Shown here piece after piece: positions 1-13,200 of a DNA stretch of 64,000 nucleotides. The number at the start of each line of letters is the position of its first letter. Position 1 is the stretch's first letter. The notes beneath the pieces are model-generated. The model was not told where the DNA came from. It did not search any database and saw only the letters and a program-made list of their open reading frames with translations. Origin of the DNA: Callorhinchus milii (lineage: Eukaryota). Both the position numbers and the translations under genes were made by a program. The stretch is taken from assembly GCF_018977255.1 (NCBI RefSeq), contig NW_024704742.1:22570001-22634000 (forward strand), read 5' to 3'.

Positions 1-640
1 GGTCAGTAAAGCCTCCTATTTAGACACATTGAAATGATCCTTACATTTGTACAGCGCCTTTTATGCGTGGAGGACGTATTAAAGGGCTCACAGGATATAC
101 TATAAAGTCGTGTAAATGTGTGTTTTGTGGGTAAACACTGTACCCAGTAATGTCCCACAAGCAGCTACAAAGTTAATGAACATTTTTTTATGGGGTATTC
201 TTGGTCAGGACATGGGGAGAAACTCCCTTCTCTTTTTGAATAGTACCATGGTACCTTTAATGTCCATCTAAACAGGTAGACAGCACTTTGGTTTAAACGT
301 CTCATCCAAAGAATGCAGTGACGAGTAAAACATGAACTTTAATCATAATATGACACTCGTCTTCTTTTCTGTGTGCTTGGCCTCTAAGGCCACTTTATCT
401 TATAATTTAAGGCAGAAGGCAGAACTGTGGAAAAATTTTCTATTAAAATCCTTAATTTTGGAAAGTTTAATTTATTTTTAAGGACTAAGGAAAACCGTTT
501 TTCAAATTAAGGCTGAACTGTGGAATTTTCCACAATGTTCAGTTTTCAGACAAAATGGTGGTACAGACTGCCAGGCCTCATATATGCTTGTCTGGGATTG
601 TAACCAGTCTATCAATTCTGATGTCTGTTTTTTTTTGCAG

Positions 641-774
641 CGTCGTGAGGTAGCCAAAACAGTTTTCTTTCTGGTTGTGATCTTTGCTCTGTGCTGGTTT
701 CCGCTCCACCTTGCAAGGCTGTTAAAGAAAACTGTGTACAACGAACTTGATGACAAAAGATGTGACCTCCTCAG
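641..774 (+). CDS. EDNRA: EDNRA exon (TM6-ECL3), 134 bp
   Basis: ttttttgcag|CGT...CTCAG|gtacat; [44 protein letters not shown]. Confidence 0.95.
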
Positions 775-3529
775 GTACATGAGTGCAACAAGTATCATCA
801 CATTGTTCTCTGCATCAAGCAATTCAGCCAGAGCTGGGATTACAAAATGTAAAATCAATACAGGAATGTTACAGCACATTCAGTCCATCAGTTCTTCACT
901 GAGGTCACCCCTCCCACCCCACGTGGGCTAATCTAATCCCACTCTCTCCTGTTCACTTCTCATACATACCCTGTATCTTCTTCCTCTTCAAGCATCTATC
1001 TAATTCCACTTTAGAAGAATCTATGCTGGGTGGGTGAGGAGGGGTTCACTGGACAGTGATCGGGAAAGGAACCCTGACTAAATTCCCGCCCTCCCCACGC
1101 TATAGCGCAGAGGCACTGATAAGTAAATTGACTGTATATTTTGTGGGTGAAACGAGGCAGCCAATTGCACATAGCAATGTCCCAAAAATAGTCACAATTG
1201 AGTGACCAATTTTTTTTTAAAAAAAGGGATTATTACCCTTAGAAAGCGATCCACCAATCGACTAACAAACGGGTTCCTACTTACTGTTAGGTAAACAGAG
1301 GCGTGTGGATTACGGAAACTTGCCTAAGGTTTTGCTCTGTCCAGGAATTGAAGCCGGGTCCTCTCGCTTGCTAGGCGAGTGCTCTATCCAATACGCTACA
1401 GGATTCCACTACTGTAGTTCCACTCCACTAACTCAGCACTAATAGGGGATCAAACCTGAGACTTTCCATCTGTATGTAGTTCAGTTTTACAAAGGAACAT
1501 GGCTTTGTCCATAGATCAATTGGGAGAGCCCACCGTTCATGTCTGCCTATTGAATCCAAAAAGATCTGTGCAAACATTGTAAGCTGAGGGTGGGGGGGAC
1601 ATCGAACCTCAGCTGACGCAGTGCAAGTTGTGTGTGGGAGGACGTGGGTTGTTTGCTGGAGTCCTCCCCCATTGGGGTTGGAATTTTTAAAAATTCTTTC
1701 TCTACTTAAAAAAGAAACCCACAGACATGAATGCGTGCAGACGGGTCAGGGTTTTATTAGCTGGTTTCATCTCTGCCTATTTTTAAGGCTGTCTCTCATG
1801 CGAGCTAGTGTGCCAGACTGCAGAGCAGTGTGCATACAGAGGCTACTCACTTGGATTTCTAATGGCGAATAATAATTCTGCCCTTACTCTTTCAACCCCC
1901 CTCCTCCTGGCCACCCACCCCCACCCCACTGCGGTCCCCACACAACAGCTTCCCAGCATGTGTGGAGGTAACACCAGCGGAGCTGACTGCAGATTTCCAT
2001 GTTGTGCTTGTGGCCACAGCAATATTATAAATCTGCTGGCCTCAGTGTAGATGATATCTCTTGGCCATAAAGTTGATGGTATTTCCCAAAGTTGGTGAAG
2101 TTTATCTTCAGATCCAAGTACATTCAGGGTTTCTTTTAATATGTAGTTTTCTCACACCAATTTTCTCCCTTCCCATCCTCCAGGTGGTTAACTCCTGTTC
2201 AACCTACAGGGGTGGAGGTCCAGGTTGTTGGGGGGGGGCGGGGTCTGATCCTGTCTAAACCTGACGTGCACACACACACACACACACCTTCTGAATAAGT
2301 CCAGGAGCCAGAAGCCTGATTGGGTTTCCCTCCCCAACTCAGGAGGTAATGAGTCCATTTGCCACACATCAGCTGTTGGTGCCCTGGCGGAGAGCAGGTA
2401 CCTCAGTTCTGTCTGAACCTGACTATGTGATTACGGCCACCTTCCCCCACCTCCCCACCCTTGGAGTCAGGCTCCCCCATTGTTAAGTGGTCTGAGACAC
2501 TCCTTGCGTGGAGAGCCCTGTATAAGTGCAAATTGTTGTTGTTGATGATTATCCATGAGGAATTCAGAGTTGCCGAGGAGTATAGAGTTAAGGCAAATAC
2601 ATGTGTTGTCTGTTCTCCCAGTGAGCGAGTGCCAGGGAGTGGGGTATGAATGGGCTAATGCTGATAGTCACCATCACTGTTGCTGTGTCTTTCTCTGCAG
2701 TTTCCTGCTGATCTTGGACTTTGTCAGCATCAATCTGGCGACTCTGAACTCCTGTATAAACCCCATCGCCCTGTACTTTGTGAGCAAGAAATTTAAAAAC
2801 TGCTTCCAGGTAAGAACTTCACAGATTTAGGCTCATAGTGTGGGATTCTCTTGCAGTTCCCAGCGCTCAGAACAAAACCACCCAACCGGTCTTCCTGGTC
2901 CATACCTATGCCAGACTAAAGGGAATGGAGGGAGGGAGAGAAGGCGGGAGGGAGCCAGAGGATGGGGAAAGATGATGATACGATAAGAGGGTTCGAATCC
3001 ACGCAAGGAGGTGAAGAACAAAAAGCTGGCTTGAGAGATGAAATGTCTATATAGTATAAGGCAATTTCAAAAGAGTGTATCATTTGTGATTTGTGGACAC
3101 ATCCATTCTGAAATACGTTGTGAGAAAGAGCTTGTCTTAAATGCAGTTATTATAATGGGTCCAACGGCAGTCACTGAAGTTCTACAGAAAAAACAGTATG
3201 TCGTTATGTCAAATGTTATTGTTATTAATAGTCATCAGCTTGTGTTAAGTAATAGATCAGCGAGAGGTGATGGTTTGATGGGCTGAATGTGGTTCCTGGG
3301 TTGTCCTCTTACTCATCAGTGTTTACCAGGGTTAGAAATGATGCCATTGTAACGCGTGGATTGTCTTGTGTGTGTCTTTCAGTCCTGCTTGTGCTGTTGT
3401 TGCGAAAGCCAGTCTCTAATAAATGTGATGCCTATGAACGGCACCTCCAGACATGCAAGTCTGCACTGGAAGAACCACGACCACAACAACCCAGGAGATC
3501 GCAGCACCCGGAAGGACAGTGTGAACTGA
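641..3529 (+). CDS. EDNRA: Endothelin receptor type A, 3' part: join(641..774,2701..2809,3383..3529); earlier exons lie upstream of the window
   Basis: TM6 CWFPLH, TM7 [10 protein letters not shown], Cys cluster SCLCCCC and ETA-type tail PMNGTS..WKNHD..KDSVN; GT-AG boundaries in phase; next to TMEM184C/PRMT9 as in other vertebrates. Confidence 0.95.
1121..1410 (-). mobile_element. SINE copy, long internal variant, lacking the 3' tail
   Basis: Reverse-strand tRNA head and core, with about 70 extra bp between cacacgcct and aataatccc. Confidence 0.75.
2701..2809 (+). CDS. EDNRA: EDNRA exon (TM7), 109 bp
   Basis: ttctctgcag|T...CAG|gtaaga; [36 protein letters not shown]. Confidence 0.95.
3383..3529 (+). 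CDS. EDNRA: EDNRA last coding exon, 147 bp including TGA
   Basis: tctttcag|[51 protein letters not shown]; not in the ORF track. Confidence 0.93.
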   Translation, partial: SCLCCCCESQSLINVMPMNGTSRHASLHWKNHDHNNPGDRSTRKDSVN

Positions 3530-4429
3530 AAGTCATGGGGACCTTTCCAGTCTAAACGCTGGGAAATGCAGTACATGTGGAGCTTCATGTGTCAAAACTG
3601 TATCAATTGATGCCCTCTGTAGTAGAGCAGAGGACTGAGTGGAGTGGGGCTTATAGATACGTCACATCACATTCACTTTGGGAGTACACAAGAACTTTGC
3701 TTCCGTGTCCCAGAGGGTTTTCAGCAATTGTTTGCGTGCCAGTGTTGAAAATTTTTATGTTTGTTCCTTTTTTTGCGCATGTGGATCTGATCACAGAGTA
3801 TATGAAGGCGGACAGAGGGCCTGGTTCTCAACATGGACCAATATATTTCTGAAACAAAGGTTTGACTTGCCGACTAAAGTGACTAGAACCGGTTAGGGCG
3901 CAAGCAGTTTTTGTTAAATATCACAGCAAGTGTCGCTTATACATGCTCGATGTTAGAATCCAGGAGCAAAGATCGGTCCCTACGTATCTATTCAGTATAT
4001 AAAACAACTCCCGCTTAGTGCCATGAGGAACCATAATGATATGTTCACATGAGCGCACAAAGTAGTTCAGGGAGGCAGACTCGGTAAGTGTTAAGTGCTC
4101 AAGTTAGAAAAGTCATGAAAGAATCCATGCTTTATTTTTCACAAAACATCCTGTGACTCTGTTGAAGAGGAAAAATTTAAAAAAATGAAATATGCTGTGG
4201 AGAAACAATGTCAAGTGACAAGTATTAGGGGAGATATATTCTTTCTTTGTTTGATATAATTTACTGTGATTATTCTATATAGTTTAAATGTGCTTTATTA
4301 TTCCCAGTTGTTGGAAGTGTTGCATTGATATGCCTATGACGCTCTCTAGGCAGTTAAACAAAGATGCAGTTGAGTTCGGACTTATATTTGTAAAGTTCCC
4401 TTTTATCCCACTCCCCACCCCCCAGTTAC

Positions 4430-4435
4430 AATAAA
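4430..4435 (+). terminator. Candidate EDNRA polyadenylation signal AATAAA
   Basis: AATAAA about 0.9 kb after the stop with T/GT-rich sequence downstream; the UTR may be longer. Confidence 0.3.
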
Positions 4436-4552
4436 AGGTGCATCCTTCTGTAATTTTATTTTTAATTGCTATTCGCGTGCTTGTTGCAGCCTGGCAAATG
4501 AATGCTCAAGAGCAGGCTTCTCTGAACTGTTTACTCACCCATCTGTAACCAG

Positions 4553-4871
4553 ATGTGGAGTCCTATAGTTCAGTGGTTAGAGCGCTTGCCTCTCAAGCAA
4601 GAGACCTGGGTTCAATTCCCAGCAGGGAAGTTTGGGCAAGTTTCCAAGCAGGGAACCTTGGGCAAGTTTCCTTACTCCACACGCCTAATAATAATCCCTC
4701 AAGAAAAAAAACAATAATAAATTGGTCACTTCAATCCACGACTGTTTGTGGGACACTGCTGCGCGCAATTTGGCTGCCGCATTTCAATTCACTTTATAGT
4801 ATATTCTGTGAAGCGTTTTGAGACGTCCGAAGATGTGAAAAGCGCTATATCAAATGCAAGGATTATTATTA
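4553..4871 (+). mobile_element. Near full-length tRNA-derived SINE with Deu-like core and L2-type tail
   Basis: A box 4566-4576, B box 4609-4619, core ctgtttgtgggacactgctgcgcgcaatttggctgcc, (TTA)n tail, 7-bp direct repeat TAACCAG on both flanks, 26-bp internal tandem duplication. Confidence 0.85.
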
Positions 4872-5482
4872 TAACCAGCACTCTCTGCACAGTTGTTTAA
4901 CAGATGTTGTTGAAACAGTCTACGGCGGACGCACTTTCAAATGTCAAGCTCCAACTTGGACACACGTTGGGACACATCTTTCCTTCAGGAGAAAAATGGC
5001 TGTTTCCTAATATTTATCTCTGTACTTCATTCAAATGCTGACTACACGTGGCTGATCAAAACTAAATACTGCCCAGCCCCTTCTGGTAGATAAAACAGAA
5101 GCTACTGACCCTCCCTCACGCCCTTTAAACCAAGCACTTGAGGTTGAAAAGAATGTTTGGATTCTTAACAAGTTCCCATCAAACTTCAGCGATGTTGACC
5201 TTCATTTAAACTTTGGATTGTGTAACTCATTCTATATCTTTTCATGTTTTTCTTTGTATATTGGCCTCTCCTCTTGGAGGCCCCCAGTTGCTCATGATCT
5301 TAACTGTTACAGCCGTTGCCTTAATATTTAAGACTGTGCACAATATCGGAAAATTCTTAAACTCAGTCTCATTGCGAAAGTGGATTTTCTTGCACTTATT
5401 AAAAAGACCTGTGAGAAACCGGTTAAAGCCAACCCAAAGAATTTTTCAGAATGCTGCACAGTCTTAAATGTTAGAACAATAA

Positions 5483-5770
5483 TCTGGCCTGCTTCTTGTC
5501 CCTTGCGCTACCTGCCCCACCATTGGTGATCGGGCTTTCAGCCTGTCTGGCCCCACTCTCTGGAACTCCATCTCGAATTCCCTCTTGCCCCCACCCTCAC
5601 TTCTTTTAAGCTCTGTCTCAAGACCTTGCTTTTTGACCACTCTTTTGGTTATCTCCCATCCCCCCTCTCCCCCCCCCTCCCTCACCCCACTCCCCACAGC
5701 TCGGGTGCCAACCCTGGACTGTCTAGCATCTTGGGCAATCTTCCCCACTTAAAAGGCACTCTATATAGCT
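5483..5770 (+). mobile_element. L2 LINE 3' fragment
   Basis: Encodes a remnant like PTIGDRAFSLSGPTLWNSI, followed by C-rich UTR and tail. Confidence 0.7.
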
Positions 5771-7019
5771 GACAATCTCTATCTTGTGTTTGCCATTTTA
5801 GATCCCCTGCAGGGTTGACACAATGTAGAATCTGAGGGAATTTCTATGTAAAATTCTAATTTTGGACATTAAAAAAACATTAACAAAAAAGTCAAAACAA
5901 CTTGTATTTACATAGTAGGGTAACATCTCAAAACACTATACAAGGATGAGTTGAGTTTGGCTGTTCAACGAGGGAGAGAAGGGGTTTGGCCATATACACG
6001 TGTGAAGAGTTAGGATTTGGGGCAGGATTTAAAGAGAGGAGGGGTACAGGGTGGTACAAGCAGGGCATTGCAGAGGGTAGGGGCATGGGAACAGAAGACT
6101 TGGCCACCACTACTGGGGCTGGGGCAGGGGGGTGCACAAGTTAGCTGAGAGGGAGGAGTAGCAGAGAAGTACGATGATGAAATGAACTGTATGTGAAATA
6201 AAAAGCTTCTGGAATGAGGGAGGAGGTTATATATTTGGAACATCTGTGTTTGCAGTTAGCTGTCAAAAGATTGAACTGAATGTCCTGGGAACGTCCTTTG
6301 GTCACACATGACAACTTGGACTTTCTTTTCAGTAAAGAAACTTCGTCCCGCAAAATGGGCGTTTCCCATGAATAACACATTGATGAAAATGTGGCCAGTT
6401 CATCTCTTAAATACTGATGTGATCTCCTGCCTGTTACCATGTTTGTGGTCTGAAGCCCAGTTAGCAGGATCTAACTCTGTATGGTTTGCTGAATTCAAAC
6501 CAGTATCTCCCTAACCAGCTAATACCTCACTCCACCCACCACAGGCCAATACACAGCCTGCTTTGAACTTGACCACTGGGACAGATGGGGGTTGGTAATA
6601 CCTGCAGGCTGGTCAATGATTAATATATCGCCCAGCTGCATTCTTCAATGGTACGCTCACAGATTATGATGTAAATTTATACAAGTTGCGAAGATTTGTG
6701 TAAAGCTACAAAGTGACCCTGCGGATGGTTTAAAGCTACCAATGGCCTTTGTAATAACCACGTGGTCAATTTCAGGTCAGTCTGAGACATCATGAATCTT
6801 CAAGCCCAAAGTCTCTTTGCAGATGTGTTGTTTTTGAAGAAGAGTAGACCTGTAAGTACAGTGTGTCTCACACTAAAATACAAAGGACACTCATACAGCA
6901 TGGACTTGAAAGGAAATAATTACTAAAAGAGCTAGCATATGCTTCACATGTTGAATTAATCTTTGAAGTGGTGCAGACATCCAGGCTGGGTTCCAATGTA
7001 AGTTCACATAATCCTTTGA

Positions 7020-7365
7020 CAACTGATATTTTACACATAATAGAGGTGTTTAAAATTGTGAAAGGTTTCAATAAGGTGAAGGTTGTTGGGGTGTTACCAC
7101 TTGTTGGTTAGTCCAAAACAAGGGGAAGATAAATACAAGCTAGCTACTAGTACAGCTCAAAAGGAGTTTAGGAAGAGATTGGTAAGAATCTGAAACTCAC
7201 TGCCAGAAACTGGTTGAACGAAAAAACATATTTCAGAGGAAACTTGATGCATACAGAGAAGGTGAATAGAGGTACTATAGAAGAGGAGAACTGGGAGGGG
7301 TAGAGGCCAAGTGGATAATAAATACCGTCACGGATTAGTTGGGCCGAACGGCTGTTTATATGCTG
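7020..7365 (+). mobile_element. CR1-like 3' end fragment (others near 10590-10900, 26370-26440, 53040-53140)
   Basis: gaggtgtttaaaatt...gggccgaacggctgt, resembling CR1 3' ends. Confidence 0.5.
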
Positions 7366-8151
7366 TTTCACTCTTTGTACAAATATATTGCTGGTTAATT
7401 AGGTTCTGTAATGGCCAAGCACATATCCTTTTATCCTCTGGGAGCTGGGCTTGAATCGAGCATAGACTGATGTGATGAAATTGATTGTTGGGCAAGGTAC
7501 GTAGGGGGAAACGCCCTTCTCTTTTTAAATGGCATAACATTATCTTGCAAGTGTAGAGTTTAACCTGGTAAGGGGACGTCTCTATCCCCTGCATGCCCAA
7601 ACATGTAGCATTCACCAGCATCTTCAACAAGAGGAGCATTTAGTAGGACACTTACACGACCAGCAAGGACCAATTCACAACACACTGTGCAAACATGGTA
7701 GTAAACCATAGTGTAAATACATACACTTCCAGCAGAAATGAATTAAATGTTATTTTACAAGCGGGTCATTTTTTGATGTGGACCTAAAATAAAGGGTCAA
7801 AACCTCACACATTCCACTAGAGCCGAGCTCTCCAGCTGGACTCCTTTGTATTGTTAAGTTCGCGCCTGGCAGCTCAGATCTGGGTTGATAACTCCTCTTT
7901 GATGTGCTGTCTCAGATGTGCAGGGCTGCAAGAATTATTTCTTACTACCTTTCATAAACCCTTAGCAAGCTCAGTTGGCCCTATTCCCCAATTTCACATT
8001 CAATTTCTGCTTTTACTTTTTTCTAATGGGTGGGAATGCTCGGGGGAGGTGGTGGGGGGGTGGAGGAGGAAAGAAAAGGGACTCTAAACATCTTTGATCT
8101 CCCACTATTCCTGCCCTATTTGTAGAGGTCACTGAAATTAGCAACTGGAGG

Positions 8152-8795
8152 ACTATTTGGGCTTTAGAGGCATTCAGAATAAAGGTCAGTTTGATTTTCC
8201 TGTTGAAAACAGGCAACAGAGCCACAAATTCCTGAGTGCAGATATAACCAGTCCAGACTGATTTTTATTTTCTCTATTAAATCTGTCTGTATTCTTCTGA
8301 GAATTTGGGAAGGAATTTACAGCCAGGAATACACCCGAACATGTGAAGTGTTTCAAGATGTATTCAGAGTTGTTATCTTGTGGACTTCACTCTGATCGTG
8401 TGTTTCAGAACATCAGATTTTAAACCACAAATTATCTCTGTAATGCTGTAAAAGGGACCAGCACCAAGTCAATCTCTGAACTGATGTATCCCAAATTGGA
8501 CACATTTGGGATAATTCATTGAATATTTGAACTTGGTCCAATTTTCTTTCACAGCTGTTCGTGGGCCGTTGCTGTGTGGAAATGGACTGCAAAATACAGA
8601 GTCACTACAATTCACAGTAAATCCTGTGAAGTGCTTTGAGATATCCTCCCGACTCAGAAGAATACAGACAAATTTAATAGAGAAAATAAAAATGGGTCTG
8701 GACTGCTTATATCTGCACTCAGGGATTTGTGGATCTGTTTTCAATAGGAAAATCAAACTGACCTTGATTCTAAATGTCTCTAAAGCCCAAATAGT
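8152..8795. repeat. Inverted duplication with arms 8152-8301 and 8653-8795
   Basis: Arms are reverse complements at roughly 90% identity with one short indel. Confidence 0.9.
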
Positions 8796-11287
8796 TGTTA
8801 AGCACTCTGGGACGCCACCTTGCATAGAGGGCGCTATATAAATGCAAGTTGTTGTTGTTGGCTTGAAAAGCAATACATCAAATGCAGAGGTTATTAGTTT
8901 ATTATTATTATTATTCAGAAGCTTCAGATTGGCCGGTCTCGTTAAGAGATATGGGACCAGAAACAGCCATGTTTAGAGGGGGGGTCATGCCCTTTCCCAT
9001 CTCATATAAAGGTTTGAAGAGGTATTGGGATAAGGAAGTGGAATGAATCCCTTGGTCTGTGCTGTACATTTCTATGATTCTATATTCCATAAAACCATTT
9101 CCCGCAACACTCACAACAAATTTTTGAACTGTCATAACTGGTGCACACAAGCAGCTCCTGTCTCTACCAACACAAAAAGTCATTATACATGACGACATGT
9201 CAGGGGGAACGTCCCAAGGTACTGATAATAATTGAAATAACTGAATTGTCAATAATTATTGTAAAATATTGAGACATTCCAATGTAAAGGGCGCTGTAAA
9301 AATATAAATTCTTGTTTCTCTAATTGCGTTAAAGAAAAGATTATCAGCAGGTAGCCTGTTGAAAGAGTCATATTCCTGAGTCCCTACTGTGGTTTGAGAG
9401 GTCTGAGGTAAGATCAATCCATCTGCTAATTGTTAGTAGAGTGTGGAGAATAAAATGAAATGTTTCCATGTATTATATACAGCTTTGGTCTCCCATTCAG
9501 CTGTGTGAAGTGGAAACAATGGGCTAAGTGGGCTGAATGGCCTTTTTCCATATATAATCATACAATCGCCTAAGTCATGCATATGCCAAGACCCGTTCAA
9601 GAGTTTATATTCTGTGCAAGTTTGGCATAACTCATACTTTGCATAAGTCATATTAAATGTATGGCCCCAACTGATTATGTGAGATTTACTGTACTTTGTA
9701 GCAGTGTACGATGCCATTTTACAGACACCCACGAGAGGGGGTAAGGGAGTAACTATAGGGCAGACTATTTTAAATAATCCTTGCATTTTCTATAGCTCTC
9801 TATCACATCATTGACACACCTCAAAGCCCTTCACAGAAACTATTGTAAAGTGTAATGACTGCGTCTTTGTAGGCAATCTTTGAACCTGCTGGCTTTTGAT
9901 TATCAAAAATGACTCTTTTTTTTCGAAGATACAAGAAAATGAGTGAGAAAAAAAACAAGAAACATTAGGAAAATAGAATGAGACTCCAATATTAGAGAGT
10001 TCAGAGCTGCAATGCAGCCATTTTCCTGTCACTGACATTGTTGTATGTACTGATGGGTTCTCCAGAGTTGGACCCATACTAGTTCACAGAGTTCACTGAC
10101 TGTTTCTCTCAGTCACTCAGACTCCGGTTGCCTTGCTCCTTAACATCATTTAAATAGTACAATCTCCTTGTGTAAAGGCAAGGTCTATGGTAGACGCTGT
10201 CCTATCCTCAGTTCCTGATGGCCTCTATCTCTCCCCACCTCCTTCATGGCCACAAAGACTGTTATATGTGAACCTCTCTTGATTTGTCCAACCCCGGGTA
10301 ATAATTTGGTTAAAAGTGTGAACACAAAACCTTTTTTCTCGCAAAAATTATATTATATTAATGCAGGTGGGAAAACAAGCAGGGGAATGAGATTAGAGTG
10401 GAGCACTCTAGTGGGGAAGTTAGCACAATGCAGACTTGATAAGCCGAATAGCCTCCTGAGTGCTAAGAACTTATTATTTGGGTGTCAGCCTGGCTCAATT
10501 GGTAGCACTCTCCCTCCGCCGAGAAGGCTATGAGTTCAAGCCCTTCATTGGGACTTTGAGCTCACATAGTCTAAGATGACACCTAAGACAGAGACATATA
10601 ACATTTTTAATAGGATTGAAAAAGTAAACACAGATCAAAAATAAAGAGAGAGAGAGGTGGGAACACTCAGCAGGTCAGCCAGGATCTATAGAGAAAGGAA
10701 AGTGAGTCAACGTTTCGGGTCCACACCCTTCGTCAGAAATCAATATTTTTGGATGCACTGAGATAATAGAACAAGAGGACATAGGTTTAAAGAGTAGTAA
10801 AGGGCATTTTCAGGACTGATACCAGGAAGCTTTTCTTTATGTAGAGGGTAATCAATGATTGGAAAGGTGGTTAAGGTCAGAACATTAGACTCATTTAAAA
10901 AAGGGGGGACAGGGAATCATCCCACTCAACTCCTGTTAACCCTGCAAGCCAAAGCTCTAATGGGTAGAGTGGTCCTAGCTGGACAAGCTATGCAGTTTTA
11001 GCTGGTTAGACTCCAGCAGTACCCCTAACGCATACTTTGGGGTCCCCAGGCCTTCGCTTTGCCAATCTCCGCTTGATACTGATCCAAATTAGATAAGCAG
11101 AATGAGTACTAAACAGCTGACCATGATCTAAAGTTGGAATCATCCTTACTGTTAACTTCCAATGTTTCCTCACATATGAATCATGTATTTCTATTTATCC
11201 CCCTGTATAAAGTGGCACCCATCACCTCAATCTTCATGATTGTACATATTCTCCTTTTATGCTACATACATTCGGAGTACTGTATAC

Positions 11288-11860
11288 AATACAATATTGC
11301 ATTTGTATAGAGCCTTTCACATTGGGAGGATGTACCAAGGCGCTGGACAGTCAGGGATTTGGACGCAAGCTGGGGGTTGGGATTGGGAAGGGTGGAGTGC
11401 AGGGAGGGTGGCCAAAGGCTCGATCGAAGAGGGTATTGAGATGCATCTTGAGGGAGACAAGGGATGGAGCAAGGTGAAGGAAATGTGGGATAGAGTTCCA
11501 TAGGGTGGGGGCAGAAAGGTTGAAGGTCCGACTGCCGATGTTGGGGCGGGTGAGGGATGTGGATCTGGACACCGGAGTTTGCACAGTGGAGGGAGCAGAC
11601 AGGTTGATATGGGGTCAGCAGGTGGCAGAGGTGGGGAGGGGTAAGGCCGTAGAGGGCATTGAAGGCGAGGACAAGGATTTTGAGCTCTATCCTCCGGGGG
11701 ATAGGGAGCCAGTGGAGTCGGGTGAGTGTGAGGGTGATAGGGTCATGGAATTTGGTGCGGGACAGGACAGGAGCTGCAGAGTTCTCGATGATCTGCAGTT
11801 TGTGGAGGGAAGAGTTGGGAAGGCCGACAAGCAGGGAGTTGGCTTAGTCAAATCTAATGC
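11288..11860 (-). mobile_element. L2 LINE 3' fragment
   Basis: Reverse-strand L2 ORF2 C-terminus ([18 protein letters not shown]) and stem-loop tail. Confidence 0.8.
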
Positions 11861-12849
11861 TGTATAACTAAATCTAAGTCATTAACTGTGGACTTGCTGC
11901 GTATATCAGAAGCATAGGTTGATTCAGTTGGTTCTGAATTGGTTAGATTCAGTCTGCTTTTCTTTCATAGATAAGTGGATCTTAAGGCTAGGTTTATTCA
12001 TCAGCGCAGGCTGTTTTTTGTGTGTGAGCAGATGAAAGAGAAACAGCTGTTAGTTCAAACATTCAGCCTCTTCTCTGCCCATAAAAGGACCTGAATCAGT
12101 TCCATGAAAGTTGTCCTTAATGGGTATTATTTAAGGGCTGAATAACGCACTCTATGATATAATTTGTCTTCCTCTCCCAAACCTTCAGATCTCTGGAGCT
12201 TTTTGCATTTTGGTAAAATCTGCATCCTTGTTATTTTAAATTTATTGTTCACATAATGCACACTTAGACCAGTTTTGAAGGGTATTGAGTCTGATTGTAT
12301 TTAAATTCAGCTGAGGTTTTGCCTACAAAACGGCCACTAATGTAACAGTGATTGCCTGTGAAATGCTTTGATGACAAAATACTATAAAAATACAATTCTT
12401 TCTTTCTTCTCTCTTGGAAAGCTGTCATGAAAACTGAGGCTTGCTGAATGATACCGAAAATAATTAGAAATAGGTTTTGATTGTATTTACCGGTATTCTT
12501 TTCAGTATTCCAGAGAGGAGATAGGAAGCAAATGAAGGGGATTTGGGGATAGTTCCAGAGGATAGGGCTGTACTGATTGAACGCTCAGTTACCAGTATTG
12601 GTTCTGAAGCAACATAATGCATAACTGTTGTAGTTGCCTACAGCTTCTGTTTGTTCTGCAGGTCTTCACTGCAGACTTCTTTTTCCAGCAAGAATTTAAC
12701 CTCCTCCAACCACTTACTTCTGTGACTCTCTCCTCTGTATTCATGCCCATTAACATGTATACCGTACACAGCTGTATTAGCAAAATATCACTCAGAGACT
12801 TGGCTACAACTAATGTGGGAAAGTAGGTGAAAATGAGAAACTACCAGAT

Positions 12850-13200
12850 TGTCCATCTAGGCTACCAGTGCAGTGCAGAACTGGAGGGGTGTTGCATTGT
12901 CGGAGGCCCCGTCCTTCAAATGAGGCATTAAACCAAGGAGACATGTGCCTGTTCAGGTGGACGTTGAAGATCCTATGGCACCACTTGAAAACAACTTCAA
13001 AAACTTCAATTGTCCTGGGAAACGAATCCTCCAGGTACAATTGTTCATTCACTTTATGGTTCTTCATGGGACATTGTTGTGCACAAATTGGCTGCAGCAT
13101 TTGCATACAAATAAAAACACAGACACTACACTCCACAGTAAATCAGTGAACTGTTTTGAGATGTTTCATTAACATGCTATATCAAATGCAAGGATTATTA
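12850..13200 (+). mobile_element. Older Deu-SINE-like copy (relatives at 40-310 -, 33385-33610 -, 33615-33980 +, 42930-43340 -)
   Basis: Shared motifs tgaggcattaaacc..ctgttcaggtggacgttgaagatcc..ggca and gggacattgttgtgcacaaattggctgc, L2-type tail; more diverged. Confidence 0.6.

Noticed and set aside
641..3529. EDNRB identity
   Set aside because: The C-terminal tail and neighbouring genes fit EDNRA.
4556..4625. tRNA genes here and near 62150 and 1340-1410
   Set aside because: A/B boxes and an anticodon-like arm exist, but there is no acceptor stem and each runs into a SINE body.
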